Shown in pieces: positions 38,892 to 47,692 of a stretch of 64,000 nucleotides of DNA (the first letter of the stretch is position 1; every line of letters starts with the position of its first letter). The stretch spans positions 3,100,318 through 3,164,317 of the forward strand of contig OY730441.1 of NCBI GenBank assembly GCA_963422665.1, read 5' to 3'. This DNA comes from Alphaproteobacteria bacterium (GTDB lineage: Bacteria; Pseudomonadota; Alphaproteobacteria; Bin95). The translations under genes and the position numbers were made by a program. The notes beneath the pieces were generated by a model. The model had not been told where the DNA came from, searched no databases, and saw only the letters and a list, made by a program, of their open reading frames with translations.

Positions 38892-40210
38892 GCTGCGGCC
38901 CTGTCGGCGCGCGCCATAAGGCGGCGCCATTGGCGATATTGGCCGTGATAGAGCGTCTCGTGGTCCCAGCGCGGGCTGCTGGAAACCGGGCGGATACCGA
39001 GGTCGGTTGCGGCATCGTCGCCACCGTGTCGCATTGCCCCGAGCCCCCGCGACAGGTCGTTCCAACGGTCGAGACGCCCCTCGCATCCGACCTGAGTATC
39101 CTCCAGCGCCGCCGAATCATCCGGCGTCGCCAGGCCGCTCATCAGGAAGAAATCCCGAAACTTCGCCATTCGTGCAGTGCGCGCGGCCCGGCTCTCGCCC
39201 TTCGGCGCTATGCAATGGACCGTGATTTCAGTGCGGCTCGGCGATAGCGGGCGAATGACCCGGATCTGCGTCGAGGACTGGTCCATGAGGAACACGTTCG
39301 GGAAGAGCAGCAGATTGCGCCCCCGCGCGCACATCCAGGTCCATTTGCGCTCGCCAACCAGTGGCAGCAGGCGTTCGCGCGCTTCCCACAGCGGCGCCGA
39401 CTCGGGCATGCCCCGCTCGGTCCAGATCAGGTTGTGGCCGTTGCCGAGGTCGTAGCAACCATTGCGGGTCGCGCCCATGAAGCGGCTGTTATCGGTGCGC
39501 CTTGCACCGGTGGCGCCGGATTGCAGGTCGCGGCGCTGAATAGTGGTCACGAAGTTCCGGTGCACGGTGGAGACATGGTAGCCGTCCACGCCGTTTTCGG
39601 TCTGGAGCTTCCAGTTCCCGTCCACGACATAGCTTGCCTGCCCCGGAACGACCTCCATGCCATCGGGCGACTGGTCCGCGAGCAGGTCGATGACCGGGAC
39701 CGCCTCGCCCAGATGTTCGGCGAGCGGCGGCGCATCCGGATTGAGCGAGCCGAAGACAAAGCCCTTGTAGCTCTCGACCAACGGCACCGTCTTGAGGCTG
39801 AAATCCGCGCGCGACGCGCCGGACGGCAAGGCGGACGTACGCTCGTCCTTGATCTTCGTGCAGGCGCCGAAGGTGTCGTAGCACCAGCCGTGATAGCGGC
39901 ACACGAAGGCGGTCGCCTTGCCCTGACGAGTGGGCGTCAGGCGCGCGCCGCGATGGGCGCAGGCATTGAGCATGGCCCCGACAGAGCTGTCGGCGCGCCG
40001 ATTGACGATCACCGGTTGGCGGCCCATCCAGACGGCGAGGTAGTCGCCGGGTTCCGGGATCTGGCTCTCATGCGCCAGATAGATCCAATTGCCCTCGAAA
40101 ATCGCCTCGATTTCCGCAGCAAAGACATCCGGGTCGGTATAGATGGTCCGGTCCACCCGAAAAACGCCGTCGCCGGCGCGGTCGTCCACGAGCGATGCCA
40201 AGGCGCTCAT
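38888..40210 (-). CDS. Rieske-type aromatic-ring-hydroxylating dioxygenase alpha subunit
   Basis: Rieske CxH...CxxH motif (CAHRGARL ... CRYHGWCY), followed by the catalytic domain. Confidence 0.88.
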   Translation of the reverse strand: MSALASLVDDRAGDGVFRVDRTIYTDPDVFAAEIEAIFEGNWIYLAHESQIPEPGDYLAVWMGRQPVIVNRRADSSVGAMLNACAHRGARLTPTRQGKATAFVCRYHGWCYDTFGACTKIKDERTSALPSGASRADFSLKTVPLVESYKGFVFGSLNPDAPPLAEHLGEAVPVIDLLADQSPDGMEVVPGQASYVVDGNWKLQTENGVDGYHVSTVHRNFVTTIQRRDLQSGATGARRTDNSRFMGATRNGCYDLGNGHNLIWTERGMPESAPLWEARERLLPLVGERKWTWMCARGRNLLLFPNVFLMDQSSTQIRVIRPLSPSRTEITVHCIAPKGESRAARTARMAKFRDFFLMSGLATPDDSAALEDTQVGCEGRLDRWNDLSRGLGAMRHGGDDAATDLGIRPVSSSPRWDHETLYHGQYRQWRRLMARADRAAA

Positions 40211-40277
40211 CGCATTGCGTCTCCTCAGCGGATATCGCTCTATACCCCAAATCGCCGGCTATTGGGGAGGGAGGCGC

Positions 40278-41258
40278 ATGGCGCTCCGGCTTGAAGAGGG
40301 ACTGAAGCTCGGTATCCAGACGATCCACCGCGAAGGCGACGCGCCAACCGGCCCCTGGCAGCCGCGTATCGACGACCTCGTGACGTTCGTCGAAGACGTG
40401 GATGCCAAGGGCTTCGACGAAATCTGGTTGGGCGACCACGTCTCCTTTGCAATCCCGTTCCTCGACCCGTTGCTGATGATTGCGCAGGCCGCTGTGGCGA
40501 GCCGGCGGCTGGTCTTCGGCACCGGCGTCTATCTCCTGCCGCTGCGGCATCCGGGACCGGTCGCCAAGATGACAGCCACACTCGATCACCTGACCGAAGG
40601 ACGGTTCATCTTCGGCGTCGGCGTCGGCGGCGAATTCCCGAAGGAATACGAGGTATGCGGCGTGCCCCGCGAGGAGCGCGGACAGCGGCTGACCGAGGGC
40701 ATCGAAGCGATCCGCGCGCTTTGGTCGGGACGGCTGGCAAGCTATTGCGGGCGCCATTTCTCCTTCGAGGATGCGCCGATGCTGCCGCCGCCGAGGCAGC
40801 CGGGCGGTCCGCCGATCTGGTGCGGCGGTCGGCGCCCGCCGGCATTGCGGCGCGCCGGCCGGCTTGCGAACGGCTATGTCTCCTATGTGGTGACGCCGGA
40901 AATGTTCGCGCGGGCGCTCGACGAGATTGGGCGGGCGGCCGAAGCGGCAGGGCGCGGCGAGGCGCCGTTCGGCACCGGGCATCTGCTGTTCGCCCGCATC
41001 GACGACAGCTATGAGCGTGCGCTCGATATCGCGACCGGGTCGCTGTCCCGCCGCTATGCGATGGACTTCCGCAAGGCCGCGGCGCGCTACGCGGCGCTGG
41101 GCGCCGCCGAGCAGGTGGCCGGGCGCATCCGCGACTTCCACCAGGCGGGCGCCAGGCATGTTGTGGTCGATCTTGTCGGCCCCTATGACCGGCGCTCGGA
41201 ACAGATCGAACGTTTCGCCAGCGACGTCATGCCGCTCCTCGCCGACCTGAGGCGCTGA
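40278..41258 (+). CDS. LLM-class flavin-dependent oxidoreductase
   Basis: ATG at 40278 behind GGGGAGGGAGG. Luciferase-like sequence (FDEIWLGDHVSF ... LDHLTEGRFIFGVGVGG). Confidence 0.8.
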   Translation: MALRLEEGLKLGIQTIHREGDAPTGPWQPRIDDLVTFVEDVDAKGFDEIWLGDHVSFAIPFLDPLLMIAQAAVASRRLVFGTGVYLLPLRHPGPVAKMTATLDHLTEGRFIFGVGVGGEFPKEYEVCGVPREERGQRLTEGIEAIRALWSGRLASYCGRHFSFEDAPMLPPPRQPGGPPIWCGGRRPPALRRAGRLANGYVSYVVTPEMFARALDEIGRAAEAAGRGEAPFGTGHLLFARIDDSYERALDIATGSLSRRYAMDFRKAAARYAALGAAEQVAGRIRDFHQAGARHVVVDLVGPYDRRSEQIERFASDVMPLLADLRR

Positions 41259-42909
41259 CCGGCCAGCCCCGGACCGCCTCGGTCACGGAGAGCGTGCTGC
41301 CGAAGGAAGGGATGACACAGGAATGGCGTCCGGCCCCGCCGGCGACCATGACCATGAGCTGTTTCCGCTCGCTGACGATGCGCACGCCGTCCCTGCCGTC
41401 GAGCCCGACGAAGCGCTCCGGCACCTGTTGGCGGTAAAGCGCCATCTGCGCCTTGCCGATATGCCAGCGGGGGATAATCGCGCGCTCGATGATGAAGCGT
41501 TCGACATCCTCCTTCGACCAGCCCTCGCGCGCGATGACCTCGGCATGTTCGGGGCCGATCACGACCAGGTATTCGCCGTGGAAATAGGAGTTGTTGCAGC
41601 CGGGCGTGGCCATGGTGCCGCAGATCGTCAGCAAAACGTCTTCGGCCGTCTCGCTGTAGTGGTCGTTGACATTGTGCGGCCCCTCGACGCCGCAAAGCGT
41701 GACGGCGTTGTCCTCAGCCGCGATGCCGCGTTCGACCTGGAAGGGCGCCCAGGGGTTGGCTTCCTCGTTCTCCGCAAAGCAGTAGCTGTATTTGGCGGGC
41801 GTGCCCATGGTCGCGCGGTCGAGCACGCCGGGCTGGGCGCCCCCGATATTGGTCAGCACCAGCCGGACGGCGCGCCCGATCGCGGCATTGGCGTGCGCGC
41901 CCTGGCCCATGCAGTTGGTGCCGGAGGCAATGTCGAGTTCTTCCGCCATCGGCCCGTGCACGACGGTCAGCAGGCCGCAGGGATGGGTCGTGGACTGGAG
42001 CGCCTTCAGGTTCAGCCGCTCGGCGGTCATGGCGCGGGTCGCGGCCAGGATGACCGGCATCATCGCGGGCGCCGCCCCGGCCATCACGGCATTGGCGGCC
42101 ACCTTGCCGACCGTCGCAAGACCGAGGCGCGGTTCGATGAGGCCGATCTCCTCGTCGGGGTCGCGCCCGCCCAGCATGGCGTCCCGGCGGTCGGGCGTCG
42201 GCGCCACGAAGGGCAGTCCGTCGGTCCAGCCGCGCTGGTAGAAGACGCGGTTCAACGCTTCCGGCGAATCGGGGCCGGAAATCCGTTCCGGCGCGCCGGG
42301 CGCGTTGTAGTCGCCTTCAAAAAGCGAACGGTAGCGCATCCGCCCCCGCTTCGGCAGCGGACGGTTGCGGCATTCCTCCGCAAGCGCCGCCGCATCGGCC
42401 TCCAGCATGTGGACGATCTGGTCTATGGCCTCGTCGGCGATCTCCGCCACTCCCGCCGGAAGCAGCTTCGCCACCGGATGCGGCACGACGGCGATCGGCA
42501 GTCCGGCCATGCCGAGGCATTCCGCCTCCGCCTTGCCGAGGGCGAAGAATTCGTCGGTGCAGGTGACGGCTACGGGAATGCCGCGCTCTTCAAGCTTGAT
42601 CGCGTCATGGATACACCACGACGTGCAGGAGCCTCAGTCCCCGAAAGCGGCCGCCACAGCGTGGACCCGGTTGAGCCATTGCTGCGAAAAGTCGGCGGGC
42701 TCGCTTGCGATTTTCTGGAAGAGCTCGAACTCCAGGTGCGGGTAGCGCGCCTTCAGCCGGTGCGATACTTCCTCCAGGTAACGGTCGGCATTGGCCTTGA
42801 GGTTGGAGAACAGGCCGACGACCCCGATGTCCTCCAGGGGCCGTCGGGGCGCCAGCGCGCCGTTATTGCGCTGGTAGATGCCGCAGGGATTGATAAGCTC
42901 GCGCGCCAT
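41227..42909 (-). CDS. predicted UGSC-motif selenoprotein (in-frame UGA at 42634-42636) fused to a ~370-aa uncharacterised domain
   Basis: Track ORFs 42634..43287 and 41227..42510 share one frame. Hand translation across the single TGA gives ...[39 protein letters not shown]...[13 protein letters not shown]... Third-position GC looks coding-like on both sides. ATG at 42907-42909. Confidence 0.6.
42603..42623 (-). promoter_or_regulatory. candidate bacterial SECIS-like hairpin
   Basis: mRNA CGUCGUGG-UGUAU-CCAUGACG. The 8-bp stem (one G-U pair) starts 10 nt after the UGA, and the 5-nt loop contains GU. Confidence 0.4.
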
Positions 42910-42949
42910 GGGCGCAAACCTAGCGCCGGGATCGGAAGGAAGGCAAGAG

Positions 42950-43708
42950 ATGGGACGCCTCGAAGGGAAAACCGCGATCATTACCGGCGCCGGGTCCGGG
43001 ATCGCCAGGGCGGCCACCGGAATCTTCATCCGCGAGGGGGCGAAGGTGATGGTGGCGGAGATCGACGAGGCGGCGGGTGCAGCAACGGCGGCGGAAGCCG
43101 GTGCGGCCTTCCACCGCACCGACGTGACCGACGATGCCTCGGCGGCGGCTTGCGCCGCAGCGGCGATGGCCGAGTTCGGGCGCATCGACATCCTGTTCAA
43201 CTGCGCGGGCGGGTCGGTCGTCGAGGACACGAAGATCCACGAGGTCGATCTCGATGTCTGGAACCGCACAATCCCGCTCGACCTCAAGGGGCCGATGCTG
43301 ATGTGCCGTCATGTCGTGCCGCCCATGATTGCGGGCGGCGGCGGGGCTGTCATCAATATCTCCTCCGTGGTGGCGCTGCGCGGCAACCATCCCGCGCACA
43401 TCTATTCGGCGGCCAAGGGCGGCTTGATTTCCTTCACCCGCTCGCTTGCGGGCTCCTATTCGGACGAGGGCGTGCGGGCCAATGTGATCTGCCCCGGCCT
43501 GATCCTGACCGAGCGCATCCGCGCCCGCTACCGCCAGCCGAACGAGGAGCGGCCGCGGGAGGGATCGGTCTCGACATTCGAGTCATACCCGTTCGGCGTG
43601 GGCCAGCCCGAAGACATCGCCAATATCGGGCTCTTCCTTGCCTCCGACGAGTCGCGCATGGTCAACGGCGCAGTCATCCCGGCGGAGGGCGGTATCTCCG
43701 CCTATTGA
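42950..43708 (+). CDS. SDR-family oxidoreductase
   Basis: Rossmann motif TGAGSGIARA and catalytic YSAAK. ATG at 42950 behind GGAAGGAAGG. Confidence 0.88.
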   Translation: MGRLEGKTAIITGAGSGIARAATGIFIREGAKVMVAEIDEAAGAATAAEAGAAFHRTDVTDDASAAACAAAAMAEFGRIDILFNCAGGSVVEDTKIHEVDLDVWNRTIPLDLKGPMLMCRHVVPPMIAGGGGAVINISSVVALRGNHPAHIYSAAKGGLISFTRSLAGSYSDEGVRANVICPGLILTERIRARYRQPNEERPREGSVSTFESYPFGVGQPEDIANIGLFLASDESRMVNGAVIPAEGGISAY

Positions 43709-44220
43709 GCGGGGCGGGCGGCCAGGTGCGGCATCGCCAACCGGAACGGAATGAGCATAGCGAGCGCGAAGGCGGCTTTCCAGAGGAAGTCGCCGATGCC
43801 GAGCGTGATCCACGGCAGGCCCGTAGCGTAGAAGGCGATCGAGAAGAACAGCGCCGTATCGACCGCGGAACCCAGCATCGAGGAGACCAGCGGCGCCTGC
43901 CACCACGCCCGGCGCCGCATCCGGTCGAACACGGATACGTCCAGAAGCTGCGCCGCCAGGAACGCGAGGCCCGAGGCGACCGCGATGCGCGGCGTCGCAA
44001 GCAGGACGGACAGGACGACGGCCGCGGCGAACCCGACATAGACGACCCGCCGCGCCGTCGCCGCGCCGTGCATCCGGTTGGTGAGGTCAGTGACCAGGAA
44101 GCAGACGGGATAGGTGAAGGCGCCCCAGGTCAACCAGTCGCCGAGCGGATACTGGACGAGCACATTGGAGAGCGCGACCAGCCCGGCCATGGCGGCCAGC
44201 GGCAGGAGAGGAAGGCGCAC
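43702..44220 (-). CDS. yhhQ: queuosine-precursor transporter family (YhhQ/VUT, DUF165)
   Basis: 172 aa, multi-TM, family-like sequence (YPVCFLVTDLTNRMHG ... SMLGSAVDTALFFSIAF). GTG start. Confidence 0.78.
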   Translation of the reverse strand: MRLPLLPLAAMAGLVALSNVLVQYPLGDWLTWGAFTYPVCFLVTDLTNRMHGAATARRVVYVGFAAAVVLSVLLATPRIAVASGLAFLAAQLLDVSVFDRMRRRAWWQAPLVSSMLGSAVDTALFFSIAFYATGLPWITLGIGDFLWKAAFALAMLIPFRLAMPHLAARPAQ

Positions 44221-44241
44221 GGCGCAGGAATCCCGGTAGCA

Positions 44242-44270
44242 GGCGGGCGCGGAACCTAGCCGCGCCCGCC
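44242..44270 (-). terminator. GC-rich stem-loop between the RraA-like gene and yhhQ
   Basis: GGCGGGCGCGG-aacctag-CCGCGCCCGCC, an 11-bp perfect stem about 33 nt after the RraA-like stop. No clear U-tract. Confidence 0.35.
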
Positions 44271-44302
44271 CTTTCCGGCAACCGTTTCGCCCGTCGGAAG
44301 CG

Positions 44303-45010
44303 TCAATGCACGTCTTCCGGGCCGAGCATGGCGCGTTTCAGCTTCTCGAAGGTGAAACCCGGGCCGCGGCAGACATCCAGCACGATCTTTTCCTTCGCCG
44401 CGACCTCGGCCGCCGCCTTCGGCACCTCGCGCGCCCGGTCGATGGGAATGACGGCTGCGCCATGTTGATCCGCATGCACGAGATCGCCGCTGTTGACGAC
44501 CATGCCGGCGACGCTCACCTGTCCGCCGAAATCCACGACATGCACATGGGCGTGCGCCGGCTTGATCGAGCCCGCAACGGCCTGGAACCCGTCCGCCCAG
44601 TCGGGAATGTCGCGGATGCAGCCGTCCGTGACGACGCCGAGGCAGCCGAGCGCCTTGTGGATGTTGGAGTTGACCTCGCCCCAGAAGGCGCCGAAGCCGG
44701 CGCGCGGGCCGTCGAGGTCCTGCAGCACGACGATCTGCGGCGCCGGGCCGCCATGGGCGACATAGTCGTAATAGGAGACTCGGAGCTTCGCGGCGTCGCT
44801 GCCGACGACAGAGCTCGGGAACTGCGAGCGGATGGAGCCGGTGCGCGCATAGCCGACGATGGGCGGCAGGCCGGGAAACGGACAGACCAGCGGCTCGACG
44901 GTGAAGCCGGTATTCAGCCGGCTGCCGGCCACCACCTCCAGCGCGTTGCAGATCGTCGGGGTATCGAGCGCGCGGAGCGCCGTGAAATCGTCTTCGGTCA
45001 ATGCGGACAA
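44303..45010 (-). CDS. RraA-family protein (HMG/CHA aldolase-like)
   Basis: 235 aa with RraA-like motifs (DTPTICNALEVV ... GAFWGEVNSNIHKALGCLGVVTDGCIRD). TTG start. Confidence 0.78.
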   Translation of the reverse strand: MSALTEDDFTALRALDTPTICNALEVVAGSRLNTGFTVEPLVCPFPGLPPIVGYARTGSIRSQFPSSVVGSDAAKLRVSYYDYVAHGGPAPQIVVLQDLDGPRAGFGAFWGEVNSNIHKALGCLGVVTDGCIRDIPDWADGFQAVAGSIKPAHAHVHVVDFGGQVSVAGMVVNSGDLVHADQHGAAVIPIDRAREVPKAAAEVAAKEKIVLDVCRGPGFTFEKLKRAMLGPEDVH

Positions 45011-45090
45011 GGGTCGTGTCTCCTGACAGGGAAATAGCGGATGGAGCCACTATGCCGCGCGCCGCAAGGCGCCGGAAGTGGCCCCGGCGC

Positions 45091-45843
45091 TCATCGGCCG
45101 GTAAAGGCGGGCTTGCGCTTCTCGCGGAACGCGCGCCCGCCTTCCTTCTGGTCCTCGCTGCGGCTGATCGAGAGCAGCTCGCGCCGCGCCAGCGCCTGGA
45201 GCTCCGAGGGGCCGCGCGCCACCACGGTATCGCGCACGAAACGCTTCACTGTCCTGAGCACGAGCGGCGCGCTGTCCCGCAGGACGGTTGCATATTCCCT
45301 CGCAGCGGCCATCAGCTCGCCTCGCGGCACGGCGCGGTTGACCATGCCGATCTCGGCGGCGCGTTCTCCGTCGAAATGCCGTCCCGTCATCATGAATTCC
45401 ATCGCGAGCTTGTGCGGGATACGCGCCGCCAGACCCGCAATGAGGCCGCCGCAAAAGCCGATCTGGGCCTCGGGATAGAAGAAGTCCGCAGTCTCGTCGG
45501 CGACGGCGAGATCGCAGAATTCGACCAGGCAGAATGCCCCGCCGACGCAGTAGCCATGCACGGCGGCGACGATCGGCTTGTCCACCATCACGCCGACGCC
45601 CGGCATACATTCCCAGAGTTCCGGGTCGCGGGGCGGGTCGCGCAGGTCGGCGCCGACCGAGAAGGCCCGTTCGCCGGCGCCGGTCAGGATCGCGACGCGG
45701 TCGTCGCCCTCCTGCAGCCGCTCGAAGGCCTCGACGAGTTCGGCGACGAGCCCGTTCGACAGCGCATTCATCTTGTCGGGCCGGTTGAGCGTAATCGTTG
45801 CGATTCCGTCTTCGGAGCGATAGTCGATCAGCGGCGCACTCAC
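45091..45843 (-). CDS. enoyl-CoA hydratase/isomerase family protein
   Basis: Crotonase fold sequence (ITLNRPDKMNAL, GAGERAFSVGADL, VHGYCVGGAF). Confidence 0.88.
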   Translation of the reverse strand: MSAPLIDYRSEDGIATITLNRPDKMNALSNGLVAELVEAFERLQEGDDRVAILTGAGERAFSVGADLRDPPRDPELWECMPGVGVMVDKPIVAAVHGYCVGGAFCLVEFCDLAVADETADFFYPEAQIGFCGGLIAGLAARIPHKLAMEFMMTGRHFDGERAAEIGMVNRAVPRGELMAAAREYATVLRDSAPLVLRTVKRFVRDTVVARGPSELQALARRELLSISRSEDQKEGGRAFREKRKPAFTGR

Positions 45844-45907
45844 GGATGCGTTCTCCCATTGGTGAATCCGGTATAGGATAGCGCCTCCCCGCGAGGGAGG
45901 GCGACTC

Positions 45908-46774
45908 TTGGCCGAACGACCGCAGGTTGAGGCGCTGTTTCACGAGCCGAGTTCGACGGTGAGCTACATCGTGTCCTGCCCCGAGACGGGCAGGGCCGCC
46001 ATCGTCGATCCGGTGCTCGACTACGACATCCATTCCGGACGGACCGAAACCGTATTCGCGGAGCGGCTCATGGAGCGGGTCCGCGGGCGCGGGCTTGCCG
46101 TCGAGTGGATACTCGAAACCCATGTCCACGCCGATCATCTGAGCGCCGGCGCCTTCCTGAAGCGAGCCCTTGGCGGTCGAACTGCTATCGGCAGCCACAT
46201 CGTCGATGTGCAGGCGGTCTTCAAGGACATCTACAACCTGCCGCCGGAATTCCTGACCGACGGTTCCCAATTCGACCGGCTGTTCGACGACGAGGAGCGG
46301 TTCCGGTTCGGCCGTCTGGAAGCGCGGGTGTTGCACACGCCCGGCCATACGCCGGCCTGCGTTACCTATGTCATCGGCGATTCCGCGTTCACGGGCGACA
46401 CGGTCTTCATGCCGGATTTCGGCACGGCGCGCTGCGACTTCCCCGGCGGCGACGCAGCCGCGCTCTACCGTTCGGCGCGGCGCATCCTTTCGCTGCCGCC
46501 CGAAACGCGCATCTTCGTCGGCCATGACTACGCGCCCGGCGGTCGGGCGGTCGCCTGGGAGACGACGGTGGCGGAGGAGCGCAGGGCGAACCGGCATGTA
46601 CGCGACGGCATCGACGAGCGGGCCTTCGTCGCCATGCGCACCGAACGGGACAGGACGCTGGACGTGCCGGCGCTGCTGCTGCCGTCGATCCAGGTCAATA
46701 TGCGCGGCGGCGACCTGCCGGAGCCGGAAAGCAACGGCCGCGCCTATCTCAAGATTCCGCTCAACGCCTTCTGA
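45908..46774 (+). CDS. MBL-fold hydrolase, persulfide dioxygenase-like
   Basis: HxHxDH motif (THVHADH), TPGHTP, and the long C-terminal extension typical of the ~290-aa proteobacterial type. TTG start. Confidence 0.78.
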   Translation: MAERPQVEALFHEPSSTVSYIVSCPETGRAAIVDPVLDYDIHSGRTETVFAERLMERVRGRGLAVEWILETHVHADHLSAGAFLKRALGGRTAIGSHIVDVQAVFKDIYNLPPEFLTDGSQFDRLFDDEERFRFGRLEARVLHTPGHTPACVTYVIGDSAFTGDTVFMPDFGTARCDFPGGDAAALYRSARRILSLPPETRIFVGHDYAPGGRAVAWETTVAEERRANRHVRDGIDERAFVAMRTERDRTLDVPALLLPSIQVNMRGGDLPEPESNGRAYLKIPLNAF

Positions 46775-46777
46775 CCC

Positions 46778-47002
46778 ATGGCCGATGTGCTGGACGCCAC
46801 GGGCCTTCGCTGTCCGATCCCGGTCCTGCGGGCCCGCAAGCGCCTCAAGGCGATGGCGCCGGGCGGCCGGCTGGAGGTGTTGACCGACGACCCGGCATCG
46901 CCCATCGACATGCGCCATTTCTGCGCCACGGAAGGCCATGACATCGTGGAAGCCCAGGAGGCGGACGCGCCCTTCCGCTTCGTGATCGCAAAGGCCGGGT
47001 AG
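46778..47002 (+). CDS. TusA-family sulfurtransferase
   Basis: 74 aa with the active-site motif GLRCPIPVLRARK. Lies 3 nt after the MBL gene. Confidence 0.8.
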   Translation: MADVLDATGLRCPIPVLRARKRLKAMAPGGRLEVLTDDPASPIDMRHFCATEGHDIVEAQEADAPFRFVIAKAG

Positions 47003-47130
47003 GATCGACAGCACGATTCCACATGGCTGAAGCGACTGCCGGTCGACAGCCCGTCTGCGGTTCGGCATCCGGGGCCGGCCGCCGCCCTCCGGGCCGGGCA
47101 AAGCCGCACCGAGGAACACCCCGCGCGAAG

Positions 47131-47157
47131 TGTCATGAAATGTCATGTTCTGTCATG
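47131..47157 (+). repeat. three TGTCATG direct repeats at exact 10-bp phasing (iteron-like)
   Basis: TGTCATGaaaTGTCATGttcTGTCATG at 47131, 47141 and 47151. They overlap the last codons and the stop (47143-47145) of the minus-strand HTH gene. The 20-mer TGTCATGAAATGTCATGTTC recurs exactly at 55717. Confidence 0.75.
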
Positions 47158-47457
47158 GTCCGGGGTGAATTCCTCATCCTCCGGCCCGTCCGTGTCGTCC
47201 GGTTCGTCGGGGTCGAATTCCTTCTCGCCGGGCCAGCGGGCCTCATCCCGTTCGGTGCGTTCCCACGACAGGCGGATGCGGCGCAGGCGTTCGACGATCC
47301 GGGGCCGCTCCAGCAGGGCGCAGCCGGTCTGGCGGGCGAAGCGCTCGGCATTGCCGGCGCGCCTTGCGGCGTCTGCAGCATTGCCGGAGACGGTGAAATG
47401 GCGGCGGAAGGCTTCCTGCCTTGTGGACAGGGCGACAGTCGGGTCGAGAAAGGACAT
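47143..47457 (-). CDS. small HTH protein resembling phage terminase small subunit (Terminase_2-like), acidic C-terminal tail
   Basis: 104 aa. STRQEAFRRHFTVSGNAADAARRAGNAERFARQTGCALLERPRIVERL follows the k-q-e-F...gNa..AA..AGys...A..q...LL..p.v pattern of small terminase HTH domains. High third-position GC. ATG behind GAAGGAA. Confidence 0.6.
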   Translation of the reverse strand: MSFLDPTVALSTRQEAFRRHFTVSGNAADAARRAGNAERFARQTGCALLERPRIVERLRRIRLSWERTERDEARWPGEKEFDPDEPDDTDGPEDEEFTPDHDRT

Positions 47458-47683
47458 GGGGCGGCGGTTCCTTCGTTTCGTTGTCGCCCGGTTTCGGAGC
47501 GAGCCTGTTTCGCGCGTGTCGCGGGCGCGGGCGTGTGGGGGCGTGCGCGCCGTCCGCGCCAGTGCTCGTGTTGCGCGCGGGCTGAACGCAGGGCGCACTT
47601 CACCTGTTGGCTGAATCGCGGGCGTTCCGGCGCCGGGCCGGGGCGAAGGACGACGGTCCGCGGACGCCGCTTGCCTCCAGCCC

Positions 47684-47692
47684 ATTCTAGCA
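47684..47692 (-). promoter_or_regulatory. extended -10 element TGcTAGAAT
   Basis: The same 11-mer (gtgcTAGAATg) is conserved at the paralogous locus (55908-55916). It lies about 225 nt upstream of the HTH gene ATG. The -35 is weak. Confidence 0.35.

Noticed and set aside
44221-44302. preQ1 riboswitch upstream of the yhhQ-type transporter
   Set aside because: The spacer forms one long GC hairpin, but I could not find the short P1 stem plus A-rich tail/ACUA-type motif of the preQ1 classes. More simply explained as a terminator or REP hairpin.
47131-47157. Interpreting the TGTCATG triplet as a canonical Pho box
   Set aside because: The core TGTCA matches. However, the repeat period here is exactly 10 bp, whereas the classical Pho box (CTGTCAT-N4-CTGTCAT) has an 11-bp period. 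The sites are also at a gene's 3' end. Kept as an unassigned iteron.
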